A stretch of DNA of 33,973 bases. Origin: Myxococcota bacterium. Its GTDB lineage: Bacteria > Myxococcota_A > UBA9160 > UBA4427. Made by a program: the position numbers and the translations under genes. The notes under the pieces are model-generated. The model ran no database searches, had not been told where the DNA came from, and saw nothing but the letters and a program-made list of their open reading frames with translations. How positions within the stretch are numbered: the stretch's first letter is position 1; the number at the start of each line of letters is the position of its first letter. Positions 8,529 to 17,318 of the stretch are shown one piece after another. The stretch lies in contig JAYZFK010000098.1 in assembly GCA_036336835.1 (NCBI GenBank), positions 1 to 33,973 of the forward strand, given 5' to 3'.

Positions 8529-9235
8529 CCTTGCGTCTCTACACACAGCGGTTGAACCCGTTTGCGCAGAAGGTGGCAATCGCGCTCGATATCAAGAAGC
8601 TGCCCTACGAGTGGGTGGTGTCCGACACCCCGGAGGACATAAAGCGTTGGAGCCCCGTTACCGGGGAGCTACCCGTGCTCGAGGACGGCGCCAAACGGAT
8701 CGCCGACTCGACTGCGATCTTGCAACACCTCGACGAACGCTATCCCGTTCCGCCGTTGCGCAGCCGCGATCCGAAGGTCGCCGCGGCGCAAGATCAGCTG
8801 ATGGAGTGGGCCGACGCCTCGTTGCTCTTCTACTGGGATCGCTGGCGCGCCGCGCGCTTCCCGCGACCGGGGGATGACCATCCCGCGAATCCGTCCCTGC
8901 TGCGCAAACTGCAGAGACGCATCGAGCGCAGCTTCGGAAGCGCCGATGTAGACCCGACACCGCTGCAGCTTCGCGAGCTCGAGGTGCTCGAAGAGCTCGC
9001 TCACCGGATGGACGATCTGGTCGGCATGCTCGGTCAGCGACACTATTTCCACGCCAACGAGCCGAGCGTTGCGGACGCTTCGGTATTCGGCATGCTGCGC
9101 ATCATTCGCGACGGCCCAATGATGAGCGGTAACGCGATGATCATACGACGCCCCGCCCTCGCCAAGTACGTAGACCGGATGGAAGCGATCTGCCCTCGTC
9201 CGACTGCGGCTACGAGCCGCTCGCTTGGGGAGTAG
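8525..9235 (+). CDS. Glutathione S-transferase family protein
   Basis: NPFAQKV, cis-Pro GELPVL, IADSTAILQHLD and C-terminal PSVADASVFG; GTGA coupling to the upstream AKR. Confidence 0.8.
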   Translation: MTLRLYTQRLNPFAQKVAIALDIKKLPYEWVVSDTPEDIKRWSPVTGELPVLEDGAKRIADSTAILQHLDERYPVPPLRSRDPKVAAAQDQLMEWADASLLFYWDRWRAARFPRPGDDHPANPSLLRKLQRRIERSFGSADVDPTPLQLRELEVLEELAHRMDDLVGMLGQRHYFHANEPSVADASVFGMLRIIRDGPMMSGNAMIIRRPALAKYVDRMEAICPRPTAATSRSLGE

Positions 9236-10613
9236 CCACGGGCAGACGTACCAGGAAGCACGATCCCTTTCCGGCTTCGCTCTCGAGTTCGATGTCCCCA
9301 CCGTGAGCGCGGGCGATCTCCCGCGCGAGCGGCAGGCCGAGCCCGGACCCCGGGAGCTGCGTGTCGAGCCGGTGGAACGCCTCGAAGATCCGCTCGCGCT
9401 CCTGGCCGGGGACTCCGGGGCCGTGGTCCTCGACCGAGACGATCGCCTGCGACGCGCCGTGTTCGATCTCGACCACGATATCGACGGCGCTCCCGGCCGG
9501 CGAGAACTTGATGGCGTTGTCGACCAGATTTGCAAACAGCTGGTGCAGCCAGTGCGCGTCCCCTGAGACGACCGCGTCGTCCAAGACGTGCAGCCTCAGG
9601 CCGATCGAAGCCTCCTCGGCAATGACATCGAAGAAGTCGACGATGCTGGCGAGCAACTCGCGGAGCGAAATCTCCTCGACCTGCGCGCGGTCGAGCCCGG
9701 CCTCAGAATGTGCAAGCTGGAGCATTGCGGCCACCGTTCTCGCAAGCCGGTCGATATCGCCGAGCGTCTGCTCGAATAGCTGTCGATCCGCTGCAGGAAC
9801 GCTCCGCTCGTCGAGCGCCCTCTCGATCCGGTTGCGCATCAGCGAGACTGGCGTACGGAGTTCGTGGGCGACCTCCGCCGAAAAGCGCCGCATCCGACCG
9901 ACACCCGCATGCAGACGATCCATCATTCCATTGAACGCGCAGGCGAGACGGTCGAGTTCGTCGCCCTTGCCCGAGGTCGGAAGGTGGTTGGTGCGCCGCG
10001 TCGCGGATAGATGCGTGGCCGTGGCGATGATCTGCGAGATCGGCCGGAGACTGATGCGCGCAAGCGCCACGCCGATCGACGTCGTGATCAGCAGCACGAA
10101 CGGGATCGACAGGGCATACAGCTGGCCCACCTCGCGGGCGCTTCGCGCGAAGACCTCGGTGTAGATCGCGGCCTCGACCCACCCCCCGTCCGCTGCCCGC
10201 ACGGTCATGGTGTAGAACGGATACTCCAGCGAGCCGTATTGCTCGGACACGAGCGCGTGGCCGGGTACATCCGGGAAGTCCCGTGGCAACGGGATCGCCT
10301 CCGATTCGAAGGAGCCTCGCTCGAGCACGACGTTGCGCTCAGGATCGAACACGCGGAAGCCGAGCCGCAACATCTGGTACCCGATGGCCTCGTGCTCATC
10401 GAGGAAACGCCCGAGCACGGCCGGATCGTCGGGGTTGCGCTGGAGCTGCCCGACTAGCTCGTTTGCCTGCATCCGCAGCAACAGCTGGGCATTGCTCTCG
10501 ATTCGGACGCGTGTCTCGGAATAGTGGAAGTACAGCAGGCTGGATACGATGACGGACGTCGCAACCGCGTACCGAAGCGCCCACTGCGTAGCCACTGACC
10601 GCGTGCGCAACAT
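9210..10613 (-). CDS. Membrane sensor histidine kinase (HAMP-HisKA-HATPase, CusS-like architecture)
   Basis: Two TM segments, HAMP (GDELDRLACAFN), H-box AHELRTP, N-box NLVDNAIKF, DHGPG, F-box and GSGLGL. Start is ATG 10613 (GGAG RBS) or TTG 10640. Confidence 0.93.
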   Translation of the reverse strand: MLRTRSVATQWALRYAVATSVIVSSLLYFHYSETRVRIESNAQLLLRMQANELVGQLQRNPDDPAVLGRFLDEHEAIGYQMLRLGFRVFDPERNVVLERGSFESEAIPLPRDFPDVPGHALVSEQYGSLEYPFYTMTVRAADGGWVEAAIYTEVFARSAREVGQLYALSIPFVLLITTSIGVALARISLRPISQIIATATHLSATRRTNHLPTSGKGDELDRLACAFNGMMDRLHAGVGRMRRFSAEVAHELRTPVSLMRNRIERALDERSVPAADRQLFEQTLGDIDRLARTVAAMLQLAHSEAGLDRAQVEEISLRELLASIVDFFDVIAEEASIGLRLHVLDDAVVSGDAHWLHQLFANLVDNAIKFSPAGSAVDIVVEIEHGASQAIVSVEDHGPGVPGQERERIFEAFHRLDTQLPGSGLGLPLAREIARAHGGDIELESEAGKGSCFLVRLPVATPQASGS

Positions 10614-10636
10614 GCTGGTCACTCCGCGAACATGGG

Positions 10637-11332
10637 TCAATCCGGAGTCGCTAGCATCTCGTTAGTGCGATCCTCGAGGATGTAGCCGACTCCCTTGACC
10701 GTGTGGATCAGCCTGGGGCTGTAGTTGCGGTCCACCTTGCGCCGAAGGTGATTCACGTGTACGTCGATCGAATTCGAGTACGACTCGAAGCCGTATCCCC
10801 AGACTCTCTCGGTGATCATCGAACGCGAAACCGTGCTTCCGGCGTTCCGCATCATGTACTCGAGTAGCTTGAATTCCTTGGGCGTGAGCTCGATGCGCAG
10901 CTCGTCGCGATAGACCGCTCGCCGCTCCGGATCGATCGACAGGTTGGCGGTGCGCAGGATCGTCTCGGGGACGATTCGGCGGCGCGAGATCGCGTGGATG
11001 CGCGCGACGAGCTCGGCGAAGGCGAAGGGTTTCGAGAGATAGTCATCGGCACCGAGATTCAGGCCCTCGATCCTCTGGGAGACCTCGCCCTGAGCGGTGA
11101 GGAAGAGCACCGGGATGTCGACCCGGGCAGCCCGCAGATGCTTGACCATCTCGAAGCCGGACAGTTCGGGCAGCATCACGTCCAGGACTGCAACGTCGTA
11201 GTCACCCTCGAGCACCTTGGTTAGCCCCAGCCGCCCGTCCCCCGCCACGTCCACTTCGATGCCCGTTTCCTCGAGTGCTCCGCACACATAGGACCGGGCT
11301 TCCAGATCATCTTCCACATACAGCAACCGCAT
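10637..11332 (-). CDS. OmpR-family response regulator (CusR-like)
   Basis: MRLLYVEDD, LDVMLP, FLTA, GADDYLSKPF, LTPKEFKLL, IDVHVNHLRRK and TVKGVGY. Confidence 0.95.
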   Translation of the reverse strand: MRLLYVEDDLEARSYVCGALEETGIEVDVAGDGRLGLTKVLEGDYDVAVLDVMLPELSGFEMVKHLRAARVDIPVLFLTAQGEVSQRIEGLNLGADDYLSKPFAFAELVARIHAISRRRIVPETILRTANLSIDPERRAVYRDELRIELTPKEFKLLEYMMRNAGSTVSRSMITERVWGYGFESYSNSIDVHVNHLRRKVDRNYSPRLIHTVKGVGYILEDRTNEMLATPD

Positions 11333-11512
11333 TGCTAGGCACCTTGGTGAAGTCTCTTGCGATGTGAGTGCCCATCTTCCCAGCTCCCGTGCCAAAAGAA
11401 TTCGCGCCAAGACGGCAGCTACGACGCAGATTCCGGGGAAACCGGCCCGCCAGTCACCTGTTTCGGGAAAGCTCGACATTCCGGCGGGCTGCGGACACAG
11501 TAGACTCCTCGC

Positions 11513-12442
11513 ATGACGAACTCGCTCCCGCGACATCCCTTCGGTACTACTGGCCACGAGAGCAGCCGCGTGATCTGTGGTGGGGCCGTGCTGATGTCGG
11601 ACAACCCGAGGGTGAACGAGCGCGTGCTTGCGCTCCTGCTCGACTACGGCGTGAACCACATCGACGTTGCAGCGTCCTATGGGAAGGCCGAGGAGGCGGT
11701 CGGGCGCTGGATGGCGGAGCACCGAAGCCGCTTCTTCCTGGCCAGCAAGACCGATCAGCGCAGCTATGCGGGCGCGCGCGAACAGATCCAGCGGTCACTC
11801 GAGCGCCTGCGCTGCGACCACCTCGACCTGATCCAGTTTCACAACCTGACTCAGCGGGCCGACCACGAGCAGGCTTTCTCGGACGACGGCTGCCTTCGCG
11901 CGGCCCTCGAGGCGCGCGATGAGGGCCTGGTGCGATTCGTCGGCGTTACCGGACACGGCACGCACGCGCCTCGGATGCACTTGCGAAGCCTCGAACGCTT
12001 CGCCTTCGACTCAGTGCTATTTCCATACAACTTCCCGCTGCTGGCGCAGCCCGACTACTGCCGGGACGTCGAGGCGCTACTGGGCACCTGCGCGGAAAGA
12101 GGCGTGGCTGTTCAGACGATCAAGGCGGTAGCGCGCCGGCGCTGGGCGAACGGGGCCTCCCCCACCAGGCGCTGTTGGTACGAACCGATCGAAGAACCCG
12201 CGGCCTTCGAGCGCGCAGTCCACTTCGTGCTCGGACGCACGCCACTATTCCTCAATGCCTCGAGCGATCTGGTCATCCTGGAGCGAACACTGGCGGTTGC
12301 CGCACGCTCGAACGACTACAGCGCGCCACCGAGCGACGAGGCCATGGACGAGGCTCTCACTCTGGTCGAGGCGCAGCCTCTCTTCGTGCCCGGGCTGGAT
12401 GACGTCGGCCCCGCGCAGGCTCGACGACCTGCGGACACCTAG
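11513..12442 (+). CDS. Aldo/keto reductase
   Basis: FGTTGHESS, HIDVAASYG, FLASKT, SLERLRCDHLDLIQFH and VGVTGH. Confidence 0.9.
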   Translation: MTNSLPRHPFGTTGHESSRVICGGAVLMSDNPRVNERVLALLLDYGVNHIDVAASYGKAEEAVGRWMAEHRSRFFLASKTDQRSYAGAREQIQRSLERLRCDHLDLIQFHNLTQRADHEQAFSDDGCLRAALEARDEGLVRFVGVTGHGTHAPRMHLRSLERFAFDSVLFPYNFPLLAQPDYCRDVEALLGTCAERGVAVQTIKAVARRRWANGASPTRRCWYEPIEEPAAFERAVHFVLGRTPLFLNASSDLVILERTLAVAARSNDYSAPPSDEAMDEALTLVEAQPLFVPGLDDVGPAQARRPADT

Positions 12443-13686
12443 CCCTCGGGGGTGAAGCGCACTCGGATGTGCTGATAGCTTCGGACGAGCGCTGCCGGTG
12501 CCATCTTTGGACCGCCGTCGCTGTACTCCAGGTCGGGCAGCCGCCGCAGTAGCTCGCGCAGAGCGACTCGAAGCTCCATACGCGCGAGGTTCGCACCCAG
12601 GCAGAAGTGGTTACCGACGCCGAACGCCAGGTGGTGGGGGTTGCGCCCGATATCGAGTTCGTCGGGATCCTCGAACTCCTCGGGATCGCGATTCGCGGAG
12701 GGATAGATCATCAGCACCTTCTGCCCCTGAGCGATCTTCTGGCCGCGTAGCTCGGTGTCCTGCGTCGCGGTCCGCACGAACGAAACGACCGGCGACGTGA
12801 GCCGAAGCAGCTCCTCGACCGCTGCCGGGATCTTGCCGGGATCGTCGATCAACTGCTGGCGCTGATCTGGATGCTCGATCAGTAGCTGGATCGCACCCGA
12901 GAGTCCGTTCCGGGTCGTCTCGTTGCCGGCCACCAACAACAGCACGCAGAACTTGATCAGCTCATCGTTGTTGAGCGAGACGTCTTCCTCGCTCCGCTGG
13001 TACCCATAGTCGAGATCCGAGGGACCGTGGTCGAAATCGACCAGCACGCCCTCGTCCTTCGCGTGCACCAGGATCGAGATCAGGTCATCCTCGGGCTCGG
13101 CTCGGCGCGCCTCGATGATTCCGGTCACGTAGTCCGCATACTCGGCGAAGGCCTGACCGGCCCGCGCCGCGACCTCCGGCACGTGCAGGCGTCCCTGGGC
13201 CAGGATCATCGAGTTCGACCACTGATGGAAGCGCTCGAAGTCCTCGCGGCGGATTCCGAGCATCTCGGCAATCAGCAGCAACGGCACTGGCACCGCAATG
13301 TCGGTGACGAAGTCGCACTCGCCGCGCGCAGCAACGGCGTCGATCGCCTGTTTGACGATCGTCTCGAAGACGCCCTCGAGCTTCTTCACCATACGAGGTG
13401 TAAAGCCCTTGTTGATCAGTCGTCGCAGCTCGGTGTGACGCGGCTCGTCCTCGTCGATCAGCCCCAGCTTGATGCCATTGACAGGCAACACACCGTCGCC
13501 CGAGCAGAAGAGATCGTTGTGCTTGGACACGTAGGCCGTGTCCTCGAAGCGCGTAAGGACGAACAGCTGGTCCAGCTCCGACCAGTGCACCGGGTCATTC
13601 GTGCGAAGCCAGCGCAGCTGCTCCCACATGGCTCCGTCCCAGGTCCAGAAATCGGCGATCGAGTAACAGATCTCGTTTGACTGCAT
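12439..13686 (-). CDS. Cytochrome P450 (CYP142/CYP125-like)
   Basis: I-helix AGNETT, EELLR (ExxR), SANRD and heme motif FGVGNHFCLG. Confidence 0.96.
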   Translation of the reverse strand: MQSNEICYSIADFWTWDGAMWEQLRWLRTNDPVHWSELDQLFVLTRFEDTAYVSKHNDLFCSGDGVLPVNGIKLGLIDEDEPRHTELRRLINKGFTPRMVKKLEGVFETIVKQAIDAVAARGECDFVTDIAVPVPLLLIAEMLGIRREDFERFHQWSNSMILAQGRLHVPEVAARAGQAFAEYADYVTGIIEARRAEPEDDLISILVHAKDEGVLVDFDHGPSDLDYGYQRSEEDVSLNNDELIKFCVLLLVAGNETTRNGLSGAIQLLIEHPDQRQQLIDDPGKIPAAVEELLRLTSPVVSFVRTATQDTELRGQKIAQGQKVLMIYPSANRDPEEFEDPDELDIGRNPHHLAFGVGNHFCLGANLARMELRVALRELLRRLPDLEYSDGGPKMAPAALVRSYQHIRVRFTPEG

Positions 13687-13716
13687 GCCGGCTACGCTCC
13701 GGTTGGGGGATCAGGT

Positions 13717-14349
13717 TCAGGCGCCCGCCGCCTCTACGCGCACTGCCTCCCAGACGAAGGCGGCGGCACGCGGAAGACGTTCGGCGATCGGATAGTTGGG
13801 ATCAGCCAGCCAGTGGGTGACGGTGGCGTTGAGCGCGCCCACGACCATCTCCGACAGGAATTGGGCGTCGAGGTCGCTCCGCACCTCGCCGCGCATCTGG
13901 CCGGCCTCGAGCGCAGCGGTCACCGGCTGATGAAGGCGTGCCAGGTAGGGCGAGGGTTCCTCGGGACGAGCTTCCATGCGAACCAGCTCGAGGACCACGT
14001 CGCGCGCAATGTGGTGGTTCTCGGCAATCTGCTCGCCCGCATCGCGGGCCAGGCCCACGAGCTGTCGGCCGATCGGTCGCTCGCCACCCAGGTGCGCCTC
14101 GATCAGGGAGCCGACGTAGGTGAAGACCTCGCTCGTCATCAGGGCGAGCACGCCTCGCTTGCTCCCGAAGTGGTTGAAGAAGGTGGCGGGCGCAATGTCG
14201 GCGGCCTCGGCGATCTGCTCGACAGTCGTCGCCTCGAAGCCGTGCTTCGGGAACAGCTCGCGGCAGACCTCGTACACCCGCTCTCGCAGCTCGCGGCGCC
14301 GCCGCGCGCGGCGGCTCTCGGGTTCGCTGGGCGGAGGTGCCGGTGTCAT
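13717..14349 (-). CDS. TetR/AcrR family transcriptional regulator
   Basis: HTH GFEATTVEQIAEAADIAPATFFNHFGSK; C-terminal GQMRGEVRSDLD. Confidence 0.93.
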   Translation of the reverse strand: MTPAPPPSEPESRRARRRRELRERVYEVCRELFPKHGFEATTVEQIAEAADIAPATFFNHFGSKRGVLALMTSEVFTYVGSLIEAHLGGERPIGRQLVGLARDAGEQIAENHHIARDVVLELVRMEARPEEPSPYLARLHQPVTAALEAGQMRGEVRSDLDAQFLSEMVVGALNATVTHWLADPNYPIAERLPRAAAFVWEAVRVEAAGA

Positions 14350-14369
14350 GCTCGCTTCACCCCTAATTC

Positions 14370-14407
14370 TTAGAGTACACTCTAACTTTAGACTAGACTC
14401 CACGCAA
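14370..14407 (-). promoter_or_regulatory. Promoter TTGCGT-N17-TAGAGT for tetR-P450, overlapped by a palindromic operator and a degenerate second copy
   Basis: Inverted repeat TTAGAGT-AC-ACTCTAA at 14370-14385; related TTAGACTAGACTCCAC at 14388-14403; -35 at 14402-14407 and -10 at 14379-14384. Confidence 0.75.
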
Positions 14408-14680
14408 GGGCCTTCTCACCTGTCGCGCGCCCGGTGCTGCCCTCCCCCGCCCGCCGAGCGGACCCCGACCCGCGAACGCCGGCCCGAGGTCGACGCCGCC
14501 GCCTGCGGCTGGCCGAGCAGGCGTCGCCGGGCTGGGCACGCAGCGCCGGAACTGCACGGGTTCCACCCGCGCCCCCACCGGGGATGATCCCGAGCGCGAC
14601 CGGCTACTCTGAGATTTCGGTACTCGCCGGCCTGCTGCGGGCCGTGCGGGGAGGCCGCGCTGCATAACAGAGGAGTTGGC

Positions 14681-15742
14681 GTGGGGCGGTACGGTTTCGA
14701 CGTGATCGACGCGGATGGGCACGGCGGCGAAGAGGCTCGCTGGTTCGAGCGCCTGCCGACAGCGCACGCCGACGACTACGCACGCTGGAAGCGGCGCTGC
14801 GACGAACATTTCGGCAAGCTCACGCTCCCTGGTGCCGGTCTCGCCCGCCGCGGCGATCGCTTCGAGCAACGCCCGGGCATGATCGACTCCAAGGCGCGAC
14901 TCGAGGACATGGACCTCGAGGGCATCGACATCACCGTGACCTACCCTGGCGGTGCCGGCGAGGAGTGGGCGCTGCTCGACCGCGATTTCAGCGTCGCGCT
15001 CTGCCGTGCGCTGAACGACGCCAAGGCCGCCTTCTGCCAGTACGCTCCCGAGCGAATCAAAGCAATCGCCAAGCTGCCCATGATCGCGCCGGAGGCGGCC
15101 GCGCTGGAGCTTCGGCGCGCCGTCACGGAGCTCGGCCTGGTGGGGATGGTCGTACCCCAGCACATCCGGGAGAAGAACCTCGACGATCCGTCCTTCGACG
15201 TGGTGTGGGCCGAGGCACAGCGGCTCGGCGTTCCGGTCTGCGTCCACGGCGGGGGGCAGGCACTCGACCAACAGCCGATCGGCGTCGACCGCTTCCAGAC
15301 ACGGCTCGAGGTGCACGCCCTCACCCATCCGCTGGGCAACATGATCGCGCTCGACTGCTTCACAGTCGGCGGCATCCTCCACCGCTTTCCCGAGCTGCGC
15401 GTTGCCTTCCTCGAGAGCGGCTGCGGCTGGCTACCGTTCTGGCTCGAGCGGCTCGACGAGCACTACGAGCTGATGCCGGAGCAGGCGGAGCGGATCGATC
15501 GCAAGCCCAGTGAGTACTTCCTCGACGGCCGTGCGTGGGTCGCCACCGAGCCCGACGAGCGGACCCTGCCGTACGTCGTCGAGCGCCTCGGCAGCGAACG
15601 GATCCTCTACGCGTCGGACTACTACCACTGGGACTGCGCCTTTCCGAACAGCGTGAAGCTGCTTGCCGAGCGCAGCGACCTCGACCCCGCGGCCAAGACG
15701 CGGATCCTGGGCGGCAACGCGGCAGAGCTGTACGGCTTCTGA
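14681..15742 (+). CDS. Amidohydrolase_2 family metallo-hydrolase/decarboxylase
   Basis: IDADGH, RLEDMDLEGID, VCVHG, FLESGCGW, YASDYYHWD and ILGGNAAELY; AGGAG RBS. Confidence 0.9.
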   Translation: MGRYGFDVIDADGHGGEEARWFERLPTAHADDYARWKRRCDEHFGKLTLPGAGLARRGDRFEQRPGMIDSKARLEDMDLEGIDITVTYPGGAGEEWALLDRDFSVALCRALNDAKAAFCQYAPERIKAIAKLPMIAPEAAALELRRAVTELGLVGMVVPQHIREKNLDDPSFDVVWAEAQRLGVPVCVHGGGQALDQQPIGVDRFQTRLEVHALTHPLGNMIALDCFTVGGILHRFPELRVAFLESGCGWLPFWLERLDEHYELMPEQAERIDRKPSEYFLDGRAWVATEPDERTLPYVVERLGSERILYASDYYHWDCAFPNSVKLLAERSDLDPAAKTRILGGNAAELYGF

Positions 15743-15755
15743 GGGAGGAATCGGG

Positions 15756-16232
15756 ATGGCAACGGACGGAACTGCGGGGCCGCGGATTCGACACCTCGAC
15801 GACGCGGACTGGATCGAGGTCAAGGCACAGCGACACGGCGTCGAGCGAGTCTCGATCTGGGAGAAGTGGCTGGAGTTCACTCCACGCTGTCTGTCGCTCT
15901 ACGCGAGATACGACCCGAACGTCGTCGTCGAGCGGCACGGCCACAAGAGCGACCACCTCGTCTTCGTGATCGAGGGCGAGATCACCGTGGGAGGCGAACA
16001 CTGCGCGGCCGGCTCCCACATCTTCCTGGATGAGGGGGCGGTGTTCGGACCGATCGTGGCCGGCCCGGAGGGCGCCCACCTGTTCGAGGTGATGATGGGC
16101 GACCCGCGAGCGGTCCCCGCCGACAAGCCGGAATTTCGTGCGCTTTGCGCCGAGCGCGGCGTCGAGGCGCTGCCGAACCCGCCGATCGATCCCGCGCTGC
16201 TCCCGGAGTGGTTCGGCGAACGAACGGACTGA
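15756..16232 (+). CDS. Cupin-domain protein
   Basis: HGHKSDHLVFVIEGEI cupin motif 1; GAGGGAGGA RBS. Confidence 0.8.
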   Translation: MATDGTAGPRIRHLDDADWIEVKAQRHGVERVSIWEKWLEFTPRCLSLYARYDPNVVVERHGHKSDHLVFVIEGEITVGGEHCAAGSHIFLDEGAVFGPIVAGPEGAHLFEVMMGDPRAVPADKPEFRALCAERGVEALPNPPIDPALLPEWFGERTD

Positions 16233-16257
16233 CCTCGAAGAAGGGAACACCCGCTAC

Positions 16258-17169
16258 ATGGGGACACTCCGCGGTCACAAGATCCTCGTCACCGGGCCGG
16301 CCGGACAGATCGCCTTCCCGCTGGCGCGTGCACTGGCTCGAGACAACGAGGTCTGGGGAACGGCGCGCTTCAGCCAACCTGGCAGCCGCGAGCGGGTCGA
16401 GCAGATCGGCGTGACCACGCGCGTCGTCGACCTCGCCGCGCCAGACTGGAGCGAACTCCCGCTCGACTTCGACTACGTACTGCACCTCGCAGCGTCGATC
16501 GTCGATGGCTTCGACGTCGACACCGCGATCCGCATCAACGCCGAGGGGACGGGTGAGCTGATGAGCCGCTTCCGTAGGGCCAGAGCCATTCTCGTGATGT
16601 CCTCCTGCGCTGTCTACGCGTCGCCCGATGATGGCCATCATGCGATTGCCGAGGACTTCGACTATGGCGGCTCGCCCCAGCCGTACTCGAACACATACTG
16701 CGTGTCGAAGCTCGCCGAGGAGGCCGTCGCGCGCTTTGCCGCACGCGAGTTCGGGGTGCCGACGACCATCGCCCGGATGAACGTGGCCTACGGGGACAAC
16801 GGCGGTCTGCCGGCGATGCTGCTCGACAGCATGCTGTCAGGACAACCGATCCCACTGCGGCCTGGGCGCGCGTCGATCTGCTCGCCGATCCACGAGGACG
16901 ACATCATCGCCCAGACGCCCGCACTGCTCGCGGCCGCCGCCGTTCCCGCCGCGATTACCAACTGGGGCGGCGATCAGGCGGTCGATCTGCGCGACATGGT
17001 CCACGACCTCGGCGAACTCTCGGGCTGCGAACCCAGGCTCGAAGAGTCCCAAATGGGGATTCACCACTATCGGCTGGACCCCACCCGCCGAATCGAGCTG
17101 GCGGGCAACTGCCAGGTCGACTGGCGCGACGGGCTCCGCCGGATGGTCACCGCCCGCCAGCGGAGCTGA
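16258..17169 (+). CDS. NAD-dependent epimerase/dehydratase (extended SDR)
   Basis: ILVTGPAGQIA, VLHLAA, SSCAVY, catalytic YCVSK and RMNVAYG. Confidence 0.9.
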   Translation: MGTLRGHKILVTGPAGQIAFPLARALARDNEVWGTARFSQPGSRERVEQIGVTTRVVDLAAPDWSELPLDFDYVLHLAASIVDGFDVDTAIRINAEGTGELMSRFRRARAILVMSSCAVYASPDDGHHAIAEDFDYGGSPQPYSNTYCVSKLAEEAVARFAAREFGVPTTIARMNVAYGDNGGLPAMLLDSMLSGQPIPLRPGRASICSPIHEDDIIAQTPALLAAAAVPAAITNWGGDQAVDLRDMVHDLGELSGCEPRLEESQMGIHHYRLDPTRRIELAGNCQVDWRDGLRRMVTARQRS

Positions 17170-17318
17170 AGCTGAGCGCTCGACCTTTCAACGATCTGAT
17201 CTAGGGGGCTGCACATTAGTTACTTGTTGTGCCCCAGGGAGCGTTCAGGGGCTCGCGGGGGCTGCTGGTGATCGGGTTCGGACATTGAGTGGTACCCTGC
17301 TGTTGCCCCGGAGGCACC

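Noticed and set aside
14408..14670. Short ORFs and GC hairpins between tetR and the amidohydrolase
   Set aside because: Pro/Arg/Ala-rich translations with no RBS; the hairpins are expected at this GC content.
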